Assembly (NCBI GenBank): GCA_047639475.1 | Contig: JBLIOD010000008.1 | Location: forward strand, 4,158 to 68,157 | Origin: Gammaproteobacteria bacterium | GTDB lineage: Bacteria > Pseudomonadota > Gammaproteobacteria > Arenicellales > Poriferihabitantaceae | Length of the DNA stretch: 64,000 nucleotides | Reading direction: 5' to 3' | Shown here: piece by piece, positions 62,467 to 64,000 of the stretch | Layout: the number at the start of each line of letters is the position of its first letter | How positions within the stretch are numbered: position 1 is the stretch's first letter | The notes under the pieces: model-generated | What the model was told of the DNA's origin: nothing | The model's input: the letters and a program-made list of their open reading frames with translations, nothing else | Databases searched by the model: none | Program-made: the position numbers and the translations under genes

Positions 62467-64000
62467 TCAGGCATGATCTTGTTTGATCATATCGGCCGCT
62501 TTTTCAGCGATCATCATAGTGGGGGCATTGGTGTTACCAGAAACTAACTCTGGCATGACTGATGTATCGATTACCCTTAGGTTTTTAATGCCGTGGACAC
62601 GCAATCTGTTATCAACGACAGCCAGCTCATCATTTCCCATTTTGCAGGTGCAAGAAGGATGATAAATTGTTTGGCTATGCTGTCTCGCTACATCTAGCAA
62701 CTCTTCGTCGCTCTGGTGCATTCTTCCTGGCACGTACTCGTCAATCACGACATCTCGTAGCGACGGCGCTTCAGCAATGGCTCTGGCTACTTTAATTGAT
62801 TCTATAGCCACCTGTTGATCTAAGGGGGTCGACAAGTAATTTGGCTTAATTGTGGGGTGCACGAATGGGTCAGTAGACGCAATTTCGATGCTCCCCCTGC
62901 TTTCCGGTCGAAGTTGGCAAACTGATGCAGTGAACGCAGAAAACGGATGCACGCCTTCGCCGGGTTTATCAGCGCTGAGTGGCTGCATGTGGAATTGGAT
63001 ATCTGGGCGCTCGGTGTTTTTGCTTGAATGCGTAAACACCGCTACTTGGCTAGCCGCTAAGGTTAGCGGGCCCGTTCTCGAGATGAGGTATTGGATGCCT
63101 ACTTTTATCCGTTTCAGGAAGCTGTTTAGCTCATCATTTAATGTGTCGGCATGCGTTTTAAACACCAAACGAATTTGTAGATGGTCTTGTAAGTTTTGAC
63201 CCACGCCTTTTAGCGCTTGCACGATGGGAATTTTATGCTTTTCTAGTAAGGCAGGATCGCCTACTCCGGATAATTGTAATAGTTGCGGAGAGCCAATCGC
63301 ACCCGCCGATAGCAGCACTTCACGCTTAGCTGTAGCGGTAAAGTCTTTACCTTTTACGCGATACTTGACGCCAGTTGCCCGCTTACCAATACCTTCACTC
63401 TCGCCATTAAATACGATACCAGTTGCATGCGCTTTGGTGATTATCGTTAAATTTTCGCGTTTGCGAACCGGGCGTAAGTAGCCTTTTGCTGCGCTACAGC
63501 GGAATCCTTTACTTGCCGTCTGTTGATAATAAGCGACGCCATTTTGATCTTCCCCATTGTAGTCTGCATTTTCTGGGATGCCTGTCTCTACGCATGCTTT
63601 TATAAATAGATCAGCGATTCGTCGACGTAAACGTAAGTCTGAAACTTTGAGTGGGCCGCCTACTCCATGATATTTGTCCGCGCCACGTTCTTGGTCTTCA
63701 GATTTTTTAAAGTAGGGTAAAACATCTTTATATGACCAGCCTTCGTTGCCTAACGATGCCCAGTTATCGTAGTCTTTCGCTTGGCCACGAACATACACTA
63801 AGCCGTTGATAGAGCTCGAGCCGCCCAATACTTTACCTCGGGGCCACTGGATGCTTCGGTTGGCAATTCCCCCATCTGGGTGAGTCATGTAGCACCAGTC
63901 GAACTTGGGATTGTGCATGGTTTTGAAATAGCCTACGGGAATATGTATCCATGGATACCAATCTCGGCCTCCTGCTTCTAATAGTAGTACTTTGTGATTT
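62467..64000 (-). CDS. GMC-family flavin oxidoreductase (choline dehydrogenase-like), 5' end outside the window
   Basis: The reading frame stays open upstream of the listed Met to the window edge (..VLLLEAGGRDWYPWIHIPVGYFKTMHNP..). GMC signatures GKVLGGSSSINGLVYVRG and the C-terminal HPSCTCKMG are present. Confidence 0.85.
   Translation of the reverse strand, partial: NHKVLLLEAGGRDWYPWIHIPVGYFKTMHNPKFDWCYMTHPDGGIANRSIQWPRGKVLGGSSSINGLVYVRGQAKDYDNWASLGNEGWSYKDVLPYFKKSEDQERGADKYHGVGGPLKVSDLRLRRRIADLFIKACVETGIPENADYNGEDQNGVAYYQQTASKGFRCSAAKGYLRPVRKRENLTIITKAHATGIVFNGESEGIGKRATGVKYRVKGKDFTATAKREVLLSAGAIGSPQLLQLSGVGDPALLEKHKIPIVQALKGVGQNLQDHLQIRLVFKTHADTLNDELNSFLKRIKVGIQYLISRTGPLTLAASQVAVFTHSSKNTERPDIQFHMQPLSADKPGEGVHPFSAFTASVCQLRPESRGSIEIASTDPFVHPTIKPNYLSTPLDQQVAIESIKVARAIAEAPSLRDVVIDEYVPGRMHQSDEELLDVARQHSQTIYHPSCTCKMGNDELAVVDNRLRVHGIKNLRVIDTSVMPELVSGNTNAPTMMIAEKAADMIKQDHA

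Overview
This is a 64-kb chromosomal segment from a gammaproteobacterium. SohB, ErpA, GlnS, Icd, Mpl and RNase D are close to the enterobacterial proteins. The rest of the gene content looks like a marine Alteromonadales-type organism, but that taxon is a guess. I found no rRNA, tRNA, CRISPR array, transposase, integrase or phage genes, and no recognisable defence or toxin-antitoxin system. About 60 genes are called, mostly housekeeping and catabolic. They include:
- mpl, rnd, an M16 protease, pncC, icd, erpA, sohB-glnS and a bactofilin.
- acs with a CrbS/CrbR-type two-component system and an embedded LivJHMGF-type ABC importer.
- several small catabolic modules: MDR plus enolase-superfamily; a creatinase-like M24 protein plus C-N hydrolase plus DMT; VOC plus aldehyde dehydrogenase; Lrp plus two EamA exporters; a ketopantoate-reductase-like protein plus esterase, next to a PhyH dioxygenase.
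- upp, katG and a cytochrome b561/YceI pair.
- a tightly packed six-gene purine-to-allantoin operon (uraH-xdhA-xdhB-puuD-uraD-guaD), then an Fe-ADH and a GMC oxidoreductase that runs off the window end.

The observations most worth following up are:
1. A 783-nt ORF-free spacer between pncC and icd holds two diverged tandem ~155-nt units. Each has a CRP-spaced palindrome in class II geometry upstream of an ATAAT box. They are candidate paralogous sRNA genes.
2. The acs/CrbR/CrbS locus has an uncharacterised ABC importer with a Tat-signal binding protein inserted in it, and no actP.
3. The purine operon has the membrane cytochrome-c urate hydroxylase puuD translationally coupled to xdhB, in the position where xdhC usually sits. 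No xdhC is present in the window.
4. Ten disabling lesions are concentrated in four accessory genes (ycaQ-like, imelysin, DUF1111 di-haem protein, an orphan sensor kinase), while all long core genes are intact.

Nothing here convinces me of a wholly new multi-gene system. All family assignments come from reading the translated ORFs by eye, with no database search.
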